A DNA stretch of 64,000 bases, taken from NCBI GenBank assembly GCA_044892525.1, contig CM097885.1, positions 15,128,001 through 15,192,000 on the forward strand, written 5' to 3'. Shown piece by piece: positions 39,569-50,312 of the stretch. The notes beneath the pieces are model-generated. The model saw nothing but the letters and a program-made list of their open reading frames with translations. It had not been told where the DNA came from and made no database searches. The number at the start of each line of letters is the position of its first letter. Within the stretch, counting starts at the first letter, position 1. The translations under genes and the position numbers were made by a program. The stretch comes from Schmidtea polychroa. Taxonomy: Eukaryota.

Positions 39569-42500
39569 TCATGTCGACTCTTTCTCAACATTATTACCAA
39601 AAATAAGGGTATCAGGAAGAGGTCGTTTGACAATTTCACTTTCAGAGAAGGTAGCCTCAAATTCTTGCGACTCAAGTATAGGGCGTAGGTTGTTCACATT
39701 ATCGGGGGAACTATCCATTACTTGGGAGATCACAGGCGGAGTGGGGATATTGCCCGGATACACGTAAGGTTCAGGGTGGTTTTCGAGAATATGTTGTCGG
39801 ACATGGTGATGAGGGATCCATGATCCGCAGAAGCAGTATACCTCCTCGTCAGGATAAAAGATAAGTTTTTTATGCTTGACCTTTATATGGTTAATAATGG
39901 TCATAAGAGGGGTGTCAATGTCGAAGGTGATTTTACATTTTTTACGATTTTTGCTATAGTTGAAGCAGGTAAGGTTATTGGAGGGTGATATCCGTATTTC
40001 AGCGCGGCTCATATATTCAAGATCACATTGGTCTATGTGTTGAAAATGGACAATGTGATTATAGATTTGTTTGAAGGTTATAGGATTTGGCGCGTATTTA
40101 TTCTCACCGGGGGCTCTACATTGAATGCAATCAATAAGTGTGTTTTCGTCAATTTTTAATCTATGAAAGTCCCATGCGTGTTTAAAGATTTTTTTACGAT
40201 TATGGACAGAAATAGGACTGCATAGGGTTGTCTTGCATTTCAATCTGCATTCAATTTTACCCCTACCATTAAGTTTGAAAAATATTTTGTTGTCTAGTTC
40301 ACTCTCATCTGCAGTTTTTGGGATGAAGACATTGCGTGTGTGTTTGGCTAGTGTAATGGGTCTGAGATAATTAGGAGATGGGCCAGGGATATTAGTCGCA
40401 AACACTTGTATTTTTTTATTAAATACTTCCATTTGTGATTGTATTCTTAATGCCTCTTGGATTTCGTTGCATTCAGATTCAGAAGGAGTAGGTGCGGTGA
40501 TTTTAGGTGTACTGCTAAGCTCAATAGCGTTGGTAGTTTTAGATTGAGTAAGTTCAGGCGTATTATGAAGAGAGGCAGTTGTCATAGGATGTAGGTCAGT
40601 GTTGTTGTCGGGAGAGGAAGAGGCTGTGGGCTGGAGAGGTGGTTCTTGGTCGATAGAGGCTATACTGCTGCTCGATAGATTCACATCATCTATGTCCGAG
40701 TTAAAAAGATCATTGTTTGGCTGGGGATTTACAAGAGATTGAGAAGGGTTATGAGGAGTTTGAGAATTAGACTCATCCATTGGAAGGGGGTCAATGGTGT
40801 CATCAAGGTCACAGCTGTAGTGTGAAGTGTCAAGAATGTAATCAGAGCAAGAGGAGGACGAGTGGTTAGGCGAGAGATCAGAGTCATTGTCAATAGTATC
40901 ATTTAATGGAGATCGTTTAACATGGGGAAGGGCAATGAGGGAATCATCAGTATTGTTCTCATAATTATTAATTTTATTTTTATTTTTATAAATAGAGTAA
41001 AGGGTTGTGTATTTACCCTTACGTATGATTTTTTTAACAAAACACGATTTTATTACTTTATTATTGTTATCGTTATAAGTTGGGGGAAGGTTTTTAAGAT
41101 CCTTGGGCTTATGGATGAAGTCATTGGGAATAGGCTCAGAATAATGACGTTTCATTGAAGTTCCAAGGTTGTTATTTGAAGGATTTACAGGTATAGTTGG
41201 GATATTTGAAGAGTTAGCTAAGTAATTGGGCTTGTTTAGAGAAGTAAGAAAGGTATCAGTAGCTTGGGAATTTGCTGGTTGTGTTCCAGTTGAGTGTTCT
41301 AAGGTAGGCGAAAGACTAACAGGATTTCCACTGAAGGTGACTGTCTTTGCAGATGCGAGGCGGCCGTAGGCCTGCGAGCTGCGTGTTTTCTCGTGTTCCG
41401 AAGGAACACGAGAAAAATTTTTAAGAGAAAAAGCATGGTTAAATAAATGATATTTAAACAAAGATTTATCTTTGTTTAATATAGATAATTTATTTAAGCT
41501 AATAAAATCAGAAATATTATTAAATATAATGCTAATTAATTCGTTAGGGAGTCTTTCGGTGGAGTTTTGAATTTTATTATAATCAATAATTATTTTTTTA
41601 ATAACATATTTAATTTTGTTCTTAAAAAATTTTTCATAATTATAATTAGTTAGGTCATTTTCATAATTATTATTTTTATCTTTTAGATTTAGATTTTCAA
41701 CATTTAAATTGGAAGTATATTTAGAATTATAATTAGTTTGGACATTTTCATTATTATTTTTATCCTTTAGAATTAAATTTTTATCATTTAAATTGAAAGT
41801 ATATTTAGAATTATAATTAGTTTGGTCGTTTTCATAATTATTATTTTTATCCTTTAGATTTAAATTTTCATTATTTAAATTGAAAGTATATTTAGAATTA
41901 GATTTAATTAAATTACAATTATTACAGTTTAATTTCAATTCATAGTTTTTAAAATTTAAATTAAAATTATGATTATCAAAAATTACATTACAATTTTTAC
42001 TATTTAAATTGCATTTACAATTATTACATATTAATTCGTGAATAGACTTTTTATGATTATAATCATTATAGAAATTTTGATTATAATTACCTTTATTTTT
42101 ATTTAGGATGTGAATCCTCCGAGCAGGGCAAAAGGCTTTCCAAGAAGTATCTCTGGTCGGGTCCGAGGATGCATTCTCTGGAGCAATAATATCATAACAA
42201 GGAGGAGAGATTCCGTATTTCTTCAGGATCTTCCTGGCAGGACAGAATCTGCTATCCATCACCTCACAGTCGTCTGGTTTCCTTGGAGCATCAAGATTCG
42301 ATACATCAGGGCAGGAGGCATAAGGTGATTCAAGGAATCGGATTTCATTATTTCTATAAGGAGGATTAGTAAATGTTGAAAGTAATTTATCCTTGATGCC
42401 ATTTCCCGGATTGGAGCTTCTTCCATTTCTGTTTGAAGGAGCTTTATCGGATCTAGAAAGGAGATTAGACTGTGATAAAATCAAATTTTTATTAATGATA

Positions 42501-42655
42501 TCTCCAGGATTGGAGTTTCTTCCATCAGTAAACGTATCGTCATGTTCAGAGTCCTCAGCCGATTTCTGCCCAGTGCTATGAATGATATATAGCAGTAGTT
42601 CTGCTAAGCACTGGGTAACGGCGGGTAATAAGTATTTGAATAGATTGACTTGCAT
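39569..42655 (-). CDS. N-terminal region of the NeSL polyprotein: C2H2-like fingers, low-complexity linker, inserted Asn-rich segment
   Basis: 1028-aa ORF with four Cys/His clusters near its C-terminus; separated from the Ulp1-like part by a single in-frame TGA. Confidence 0.75.
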   Translation of the reverse strand: MQVNLFKYLLPAVTQCLAELLLYIIHSTGQKSAEDSEHDDTFTDGRNSNPGDIINKNLILSQSNLLSRSDKAPSNRNGRSSNPGNGIKDKLLSTFTNPPYRNNEIRFLESPYASCPDVSNLDAPRKPDDCEVMDSRFCPARKILKKYGISPPCYDIIAPENASSDPTRDTSWKAFCPARRIHILNKNKGNYNQNFYNDYNHKKSIHELICNNCKCNLNSKNCNVIFDNHNFNLNFKNYELKLNCNNCNLIKSNSKYTFNLNNENLNLKDKNNNYENDQTNYNSKYTFNLNDKNLILKDKNNNENVQTNYNSKYTSNLNVENLNLKDKNNNYENDLTNYNYEKFFKNKIKYVIKKIIIDYNKIQNSTERLPNELISIIFNNISDFISLNKLSILNKDKSLFKYHLFNHAFSLKNFSRVPSEHEKTRSSQAYGRLASAKTVTFSGNPVSLSPTLEHSTGTQPANSQATDTFLTSLNKPNYLANSSNIPTIPVNPSNNNLGTSMKRHYSEPIPNDFIHKPKDLKNLPPTYNDNNNKVIKSCFVKKIIRKGKYTTLYSIYKNKNKINNYENNTDDSLIALPHVKRSPLNDTIDNDSDLSPNHSSSSCSDYILDTSHYSCDLDDTIDPLPMDESNSQTPHNPSQSLVNPQPNNDLFNSDIDDVNLSSSSIASIDQEPPLQPTASSSPDNNTDLHPMTTASLHNTPELTQSKTTNAIELSSTPKITAPTPSESECNEIQEALRIQSQMEVFNKKIQVFATNIPGPSPNYLRPITLAKHTRNVFIPKTADESELDNKIFFKLNGRGKIECRLKCKTTLCSPISVHNRKKIFKHAWDFHRLKIDENTLIDCIQCRAPGENKYAPNPITFKQIYNHIVHFQHIDQCDLEYMSRAEIRISPSNNLTCFNYSKNRKKCKITFDIDTPLMTIINHIKVKHKKLIFYPDEEVYCFCGSWIPHHHVRQHILENHPEPYVYPGNIPTPPVISQVMDSSPDNVNNLRPILESQEFEATFSESEIVKRPLPDTLIFGNNVEKEST
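41640..41900. repeat. 84-87-bp tandem repeat x3 inside the ORF
   Basis: Encodes SKYTFNLNxxNLxLKDKNNNxENxxTNYN three times. Confidence 0.9.
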
Positions 42656-44452
42656 TTAAAAATTTTTAAGAGAAAAATCTGTTTGCAGATAGTCAGAAGA
42701 ATTAGTCGGAGCGGTGAATGAAAAATGGATTGCTATGAGGGCTTGGGTTAATTATTAATCTACCAGATAAAATTGATTCCAGAGTTAGATTTTCCTCTGC
42801 TATGTTGATTCGTGATAAGGACTGTCAACTCGTTCGCTCAACGGCCTCCACCCATAATCGATACACTAGATATCTTATCGACTGTCTGACTGTCTACTGC
42901 GACTAACTCTAATCTGAATGGAAATGAACAGATGATTACTCGAGATTACAGTTTCTTTCGGGCTTATGGTAAGTGTTTTAATCTATTATCAAGAAATGTT
43001 TACATTCATATCTAAGTCGAGCTATTATCGATGACAGTGGCTAGGCACCGGCCGATTATCAAGTCTATTCAGAACCAATAAAATCAAGATTATGGATTTA
43101 TTCGTTAGCGTCCTGGCGATGCAAATCTTAGAAAAGCTTCAATAATCATGACACCCAACGCGAACACCGTCTGAACCCCGCAAATAATGATCTCCTGACG
43201 GATATTTAGACAACCAATTTTTGCAATGTAAGAGGAAATCGTCTATCAATCAAAGCTCAATAAAGACGCGATTGGATATAGTGCTGATGATTTCTCAAAT
43301 CGTACTCCTCCTGGATTCAGTGGATTCATTTTCGGCTTCAAATTATGTAACTGCTAGTTTTCAATTGAAAATCTTTTCGACGACGAGAGTGGCTGATCTC
43401 ACTCGGTGAAAGAACCTCTGGCATCATATATTATCATTTCTCTCGGGGTTTCCTCACCCCTCATGACCCACCCAAGAACAGTACGCAATGCTGCCACCGC
43501 TCTTATACCGTCATGAAGGACGAATCGACCCAATTACTCTCAGAACAATAAATATAGCAAAAATCAGTTACGGATATCAATAAATAAATAAAATGAATAT
43601 TTACCTGGCGACCATGCCATTTGGGTTCCTGGTGTGATGAGTCTCAATTCCTCCACCGTTTCGTTGCTTATTTGTTCATCTTTCCGCATTTCACAAGCCT
43701 CCATCATCTTGGCTGATGTCCCCCACATTACTTATCTCTTCGATTTCGAAAAATTACTCGGATTCATATCTACAACTCATTTCCATCACACCAGAAGCTC
43801 CCAGAGGACATCGTCGCCAGCACCATGAAGAAAAAGCAATATGTTGTATGATAAATAAAATTTATTAATATTAAATTGTTAGTTTGAATATCATTTCAAA
43901 ATAAAATCTAAATACACATAAATAAAATAAATGATAACCCTTACCAAAATTCTTCCTTGAGGATGTCGAAAATTTGAATCAAACGGTATCTTAAAAATTT
44001 TCGCTAAAGCTAATGTCCTGGTTCTCTTAACTTAATTCACTGTCCGATCTGTCTAGATAAATTCGGTTCGATTCTGGTAAACGATCCCTGTAAATGATTT
44101 GTGAAGTTTTGTTCAAAGTGGTTCCGGTTAGTAGATTGAATGAGTATCGTCCCTGTAGTGTTTGGTTAAAAATCGGTTCCTGCAATCGTGGATTAAAAAG
44201 TGGTTCCTGAATGTCGTTCTGTAGAGTTTGGTTAAAAGTGGTTGTTCAAATTTAAAAATTTTACCTGTAGAGTTTGGTTAAAAGTGGTACTCTAGTAATT
44301 TTTCGCGTTTCTTATATACTATTTTTTATCCAATCAGGACTCGGTTAGTTTGTAATTTTATTATTTATTATTATTTTTATGTTTTTCATTGTAATATAAT
44401 GAATTTTAGTGACCTTATTTTATTTTTTATTATTATTTTATTATTTTCTTAA

Positions 44453-47040
44453 CCCTTAAATGCATGATGATGTATTTATACATCAGTGTATTTGTCCTTA
44501 AATAATTTCTAAACGGTAACTCAAACACAGTATATTTTGCTTTTATTAGGTGCTAAAAATATTTATCTTAGTTTCTGAACGCAAGCTGTCACAATATGGC
44601 AGTTAACTTTTTCAATTGTCAAAATTTGACAGCTTGGCGCAGCATTTTCGAATACGCACTTTGGCGGTCAAATTAAAATTTTATTTTAATGCATACTAAA
44701 TAGTATTATTACGCGATAAAAGTGATTGACGAGAGGATAGAGGTAAGCAGAACACGTTGCATTATTTTTTTTTAAATACAGTAACAGTTTTTGTAAATAT
44801 TAGCTGTACAATTGTGATGTAGAAATACATCAGTATGCAAAATCGGTTAAAAAAAAGTTTTACTGCAGGTATAATATATTTTTTTATTTTTGACTTATTT
44901 GTATACAGATACATACTATATTCATATGAATTTTATGATTATTTATCCAGAATGTCCCGTGAATTGGCAGACAAAGACATAGAACAACTTCTGGCAGCTT
45001 TAGAAGATGGAAATATTTCTGAGGATGGCTTGGAAGATGAAAGTGAAGATGAAGAAACCTTTTTCGCTAATGCAAGAGAAATAATTCAAGAGTTGGAAGA
45101 CGAGGATGCAGAGGACCATGAAGATCCTACCTATAGTGATCCACCACTAGTTCAAGATTTGCCTGGCCCATCAAGTCAAACTATTATTTCATTACCCATG
45201 CAAGAAGGTATTCAACAATATGTAGAGTTTGATAAAAGGAAACTCATTTGGAAAAAAGACAGTTTGTTGTTTGACGAATCGAAAATAATTCACCAACCAA
45301 ACACAACAGACTCTGCTATAACTGAACTTGATACACCATATAAATGTTTTTTGCACTACTTCACACCAGAGTTCCTTCAAAAAATTGTTGATAAAACTAA
45401 CTTATATGCAGTACAGAAAAACCCTTCAGTATCTTTCACTACTACTGTTGGGGAGTTAAAAAAATTCATAGGTATTCTTTTATTTATGTCAGTGGAGCAA
45501 TTCCCTAGTGTACGCTCATACTGGCATTCCAAGTTTGGGTACGATCCTGTAAAGAGCGCGATGCCTGTAAATCGGTTTGAGATGATTCGGAGCTACTTAC
45601 ATTTCAACGATAATAATAAACATCTTCCGCGAGACCATTCCGATCACGATCGCCTCCATAAGATTCGGCCTGTGATAGAACAGCTAAATACGACATTTTC
45701 ATCAGTTGCAATAGACCAACGACTTTCTATAGATGAACAGATGTGTTCCACTAAAATTGCACATTTCCTGAAGCAATATTTACCAAATAAGCCTCACAAA
45801 TGGGGCTATAAGCTTTTTGTTCTCTGTAATCTTATGGGATATGCTTACAGATTTGAGGTCTATTCTGGACAAGAAGAAAAAAAAGACAAACCAGCCCATG
45901 AACCTGATCTAGGAATAACAAATAACGTCGTTATACGTATGGCGAGAGCTATACCAAGGATGAACAATCATATAGTATTCTTCGATAATTTTTACACATC
46001 CCTGCCTTTAGTAAATTATTTGAATAAACAGGGTATACAATGTGTCGGAACTATTCAGCAAAACAGGCTACCGAATTGTCGACTCCCTGATAAAAAGGAA
46101 CTTATGAAAACTTCTGTTCCGAGAGGCACATATGAGGAACGCGTTTCCCATTCAGATGGAGTAGACTTTTCGGCCACTGCGCGGAAAGATAATAAAGTCG
46201 TCACTCTTTTATCGACTTACGTCGGCGCCGAGCCTGTTGGAAAAGTATCAAGATACGACAAGAAAGCTAAACAAAAAATTGACATCCCTTGCCCCAAAAT
46301 TGTGCAAGAGTACAACATGCATATGGGAGGAGTCGACCTAATGGACAGCTTTTTAGGACGCTATCGAATTCGAATAAAGAGCCGAAAATGGTATTTACGC
46401 TTGTTTTATCATCTACTGGACCTCACTACAATGAACTTATGGGTGCTTATGAAAAAAAATTTAATTGCTAAAGGTGTCACAAAAAAGCAGCTGCCTAATC
46501 TTGGGGAGTTTCGTAATTGTTTAGCTGACACACTGTGTAATATAGGTATGTCTGGAGGTAGTAAAAGAGGGCGCCCTAGTACTTCCTCTCTAGAACGCGA
46601 GCTTCAAATAAAAAGGCAAAAAGGTCCGCAACATCCACTCCCGTCAAAAGATGTACGCGTAGATAAATTCGAACATTGGCCCGTATTTGCCAATCGATTA
46701 CGGTGCAAGATGCCCAATTGTAAGGGCACCACACAATGGTCGTGTACCAAATGTAATATACCGCTGTGTCTAAATCAGAGAAACAACTGTTTCAAAGATT
46801 TTCATTCACTGCAGTAAGCCTAATTCGACGACAATCGTCCAATAGCACAGTACTTAGGCTACATTATTAATATTAACTGTAATGCATACTGATGTAGATC
46901 TACATCAGTAAGATTTTTTTATAAAAATATACTTTTTGGAAAATAAATATTTTTTTCTTTATTTTTCCCTTTATCTATGCTTAATTATTTATCTGTGTCA
47001 ATTTATAGTATTAAAAAAGGAAAAATCATGCATTTAAGGG
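44453..47040 (+). mobile_element. Complete piggyBac transposon
   Basis: TTAA 44449-44452 and 47041-47044; perfect 16-bp TIR CCCTTAAATGCATGAT. Confidence 0.98.
44835..46817 (+). CDS. piggyBac transposase, intact (likely start MSRELADK at 44952)
   Basis: DDD triad SIDEQM, FFDNFYTS, GGVDLMD; C-terminal Cys-rich domain RCKMPNC...CTKC...C...CFKDFH. Confidence 0.95.
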   Translation: MQNRLKKSFTAGIIYFFIFDLFVYRYILYSYEFYDYLSRMSRELADKDIEQLLAALEDGNISEDGLEDESEDEETFFANAREIIQELEDEDAEDHEDPTYSDPPLVQDLPGPSSQTIISLPMQEGIQQYVEFDKRKLIWKKDSLLFDESKIIHQPNTTDSAITELDTPYKCFLHYFTPEFLQKIVDKTNLYAVQKNPSVSFTTTVGELKKFIGILLFMSVEQFPSVRSYWHSKFGYDPVKSAMPVNRFEMIRSYLHFNDNNKHLPRDHSDHDRLHKIRPVIEQLNTTFSSVAIDQRLSIDEQMCSTKIAHFLKQYLPNKPHKWGYKLFVLCNLMGYAYRFEVYSGQEEKKDKPAHEPDLGITNNVVIRMARAIPRMNNHIVFFDNFYTSLPLVNYLNKQGIQCVGTIQQNRLPNCRLPDKKELMKTSVPRGTYEERVSHSDGVDFSATARKDNKVVTLLSTYVGAEPVGKVSRYDKKAKQKIDIPCPKIVQEYNMHMGGVDLMDSFLGRYRIRIKSRKWYLRLFYHLLDLTTMNLWVLMKKNLIAKGVTKKQLPNLGEFRNCLADTLCNIGMSGGSKRGRPSTSSLERELQIKRQKGPQHPLPSKDVRVDKFEHWPVFANRLRCKMPNCKGTTQWSCTKCNIPLCLNQRNNCFKDFHSLQ

Positions 47041-47955
47041 TTAATGTTTATTGTTTTTCTCTTATTTTTCTATAGATTTATTGTCGTTTTGTTGCGATAT
47101 AATTTTTTGTTTTAATTAGCTTACAAATTTATTCAGGAATTGTTTTATTTTTATTTTATTTCTTTACTTTCTTATTTATCTTTCTTAAATTTTTGCTATT
47201 CTATTTCCCCTTTATTTGTTATGCGCATTAGGTAGTTTCTTTTTTGTCTTATTTTTTAGTCTTAAGGGTTTTATTATTTTATTAATTATTCCTATTTCTT
47301 TTATTGGTGTTTTATTTGTTTCTTCCTATATATTACTGAGGTTTTCGGTAAAATCTATTTTTATCTTATTCTATTATTCCGTGGGATTCCTTTCTACCTT
47401 TGATTCACTTCTCGACATTCTCAAGACTCGGCCCAACAGGAACACTAACTTGTTGCATGACCAAATGTAGGTTTCCGCTAGAAGAAAGACATTATTTTTT
47501 AAAATATTAATATTTTAAAAAATTAATGCCTTTGTTCCAGCGGAGACCTGCTTTTTGATGAGTCATCAGAAATACCAAGGTCAATGTTTATAAAGTGATT
47601 GTGATTTTCAAAATCAACCAATCAACTTTAACATAAATTTAAATCAATAAAATAGATTAATTAATAAAATAAAACCTGGATAAGTGAAAGATCAGCCTAA
47701 AATACATATCAGAGACTTATATGAGCGTGATTTTCATATAGTTCATAATACATTTGAAAAGAGAATCAAGAAAGTCGACTTTAAAATTGTCAACCATTCT
47801 CCTTATTACAACAAAGGATATGGTTATTGATGCTGCGGAGTCATGGTTTGCAGAATAGGATTAGAAAAACCTTGTGACCAATGCATTAAATATATATAGT
47901 TGAAAAGTGATTATGTTATATAAAATGATATTATATATCAACATTATATATATAT

Positions 47956-50312
47956 CAACGATGGGCAAATGCGGCTCTTCGTTGAGTAAACTGCGGCTCA
48001 TTGATAATTGAATTCTTGATAATCGAATTCGATTTTTTATTTTGAAATTTTTCACTAAATGTCATAAATGTCAAAAATTAACGAAACATTGTTTTTCACA
48101 TTTTACTGCTTTTTAAAATTATTTTGTAGTAGGCGGCGCTTTGTTATAACAACGAGAGAGAAGCATCAAAAATAAATTTAGTGAATTTTGATTGGTTATT
48201 ATTTTGTTTGTACAAGATTGCGGTCGTTTGTATATTTTAGTATAGTTTTCTATTCGTGTTTTTTGAAAAATTTGGTAAGAAGATTTTTTTATGAAGCATT
48301 TTAAAATTTTAAACTAATTAAAATTAAATTAATGTCTTTTTATTATTTTGTTTAAATTTCAGCCATATAGTTATTTAAATTTATTATTATAATGACATCA
48401 GAAAACATCAAAAACCAATTTACGTCGACACTATGAAGTAAGTCATCCACACTTATCAATTCAATATCCAATCAATTCAAACTTGCGGACAGAAAAACTT
48501 AAGTCATTGCAATCAGGGCTTCAAGCCCAACAAGGACTATTATCTACTTTTAGTCGAGAAGATGACAGTGCCAACGAAGCTAGTTTTTTGATAGCTCGTG
48601 CTAAACGTCCATATGGAGAAGGTGAATTTATTAAGAGAAACTTGGAAGAAGTGATTAAAGTTTTGGATCCGGACAACTCAAAACTACATAAATTGATCTC
48701 ACGTATTCCTATTTCACGTCGTACAACTGAGCGTCGAATTGGCCAAATTAGCGAAAATGTTGAAAATAATTTGATGTGTGATTTAAAAAATTGTACAGCA
48801 TTCAGTTTAGCTCTCGACGAGTCTACTGACATTCAGGATGTTCCACAATTAGCCGTTTTTGTCCGCTTTGTACCTTCTGACGTAAAAGTGAAGGAAGAAA
48901 TGTTAGACCTAGTAGCTCTTCTCGAAATAACTCGCGGTATCGATGTCAAAACTGCGCTTGATGTAGTTATGGACAGGTTCGAATTGGCTCGTGACAAACT
49001 TGTAAGTGTTGCGACAGACGGAGCGCCTGCAATGATGGGGAAAAATCAAGGTCTCATTGGTCTTTTAAACAGAGATCCTAATATTCCTCACTTTTTATCT
49101 CTTCACTGCATAATTTATCGCGAGCATCTCATAGCGAAGTACTTTAAATACGAAAATGTGTGGAAGATTGTTTTGAAGATTGTGAATTTAATTAGAACAA
49201 ATGCCAAAACACATCGTCAATTTAAAAACTTTTTGGAAGAATTAAGATTAAATGACGAAACTGATGATTTGCCTAATGATGTCTCCTTATGGTGTATTGT
49301 TAGATGGCTGTCAACTTACAATGTTTTGAACCGTTTTGTGGAACTCCTAAATCCTATCATAATATTTACCAAAGAAAACGGAATAGCATACCCAGAATTA
49401 GAAAATGAAACTTGGCTTTCTGACTTAATGTTCCTTACAGACATTATGGAACATTTGCAAACATTAAATTTGGCTTTACAAGGAAAAGAAAAGATAATTA
49501 TTGATTTGTCACAAACGTTATTTAGTTTTGAAGCTAAACTTCGGCTTTTTGTGAGCGATCTTAGGTCGAAAATATTTAATCATTTTCCACGAATAAAAGC
49601 TAATATAATTGATATTACATAAGAAAAAGTAAACGAATACAGTGAAAAATTGGAAGAATTGCAAGCGGATTTCAAATGTAGGTTTGAAGATTTGAAAAGT
49701 TATAAATCTACATTTGCATTTTTTGTGAACCCATTTATTTGTGATATTATTGAAGATGGATTTCCAATTTCTGAAGTAATACTTGTTAAAAAAGCGGTTG
49801 GGGAATTGAAGTTATTAAATATGAAAGAGGACCAGGCTTTGCAAATGCACCATAAATCTACTTCTATAGTTGAATTTTGGAAACTCGTACCAGAGGCAAA
49901 ATATCCACACTTAAAACAAGCTGCTTGCCGTCTAATTTCAATTTTTGGTACAACATATTGTTGTGAATCTTTGTACTCCACAATGAAGTTCGCAAAGTCG
50001 AAATATCGTTCACAGTTGACCAATCAGCATCTTACAGAATTGCTGCGAACAGCTTTGACAAAGTATACACCAAATTTCAAAGATTTGACCAAAAGTCTTC
50101 GTTAATTCAAGAAATTTTATTACTTTTTATTAATGGATTTTTATGTTTGTTACTTAATGTTTGAAATAATTATTTTGTTTTTTTGTAATAGCGTTTTAGT
50201 CTCTTTAATCAAATTAATGAAATAAAAAAAATATGTACTTTACTATGGTGGCTCTGTAAAAAATAAATTTTCGGAAAATGGCTCTTATTGAACCCATGCG
50301 TGCCCACCCTTG
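47956..50312 (+). mobile_element. SPIN/GTF2IRD2-like hAT element
   Basis: Imperfect ends CAACGATGGGCAA and GTGCCCACCCTTG; no clear TSD; transposase inside. Confidence 0.8.
48400..50105 (+). pseudogene. hAT transposase with N-terminal damage and one in-frame stop (49620-49622)
   Basis: FSLALDESTD, ATDGAPAM, LHCIIYRE, VRWLS, FGTTYCCESLYS; ORFs 48483-49622 and 49650-50105 share a frame. Confidence 0.9.

Larger units (their letters stand above)
36100..42900 (-). mobile_element. NeSL/Utopia/R5-clade non-LTR retrotransposon (RLE type), near full length; boundaries approximate
   Basis: Zinc fingers, Ulp1-like domain, RT and CCHC + PD-(D/E)xK endonuclease in the canonical NeSL order. Confidence 0.9.
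33900..47438 (-). mobile_element. Giant LTR-like unit C, 3'-truncated, hosting piggyBac and probably the NeSL element
   Basis: Minus start TGTTGGGCC at 47438; T-rich tract continues across the piggyBac TTAA; CCAATCAG 44330, CTTATATA 44311; CxxC ORF at 33992-34432; continuity across the NeSL element is inferred. Confidence 0.55.

Noticed and set aside
43601-43612. U1 snRNA 5' end-like TTACCTGGC (also 54341)
   Set aside because: No U1 body or Sm site follows; it is the reverse complement of a splice donor
47948-47955. TSD for the SPIN-like hAT
   Set aside because: Left ATATATAT and right TACTAATA do not match
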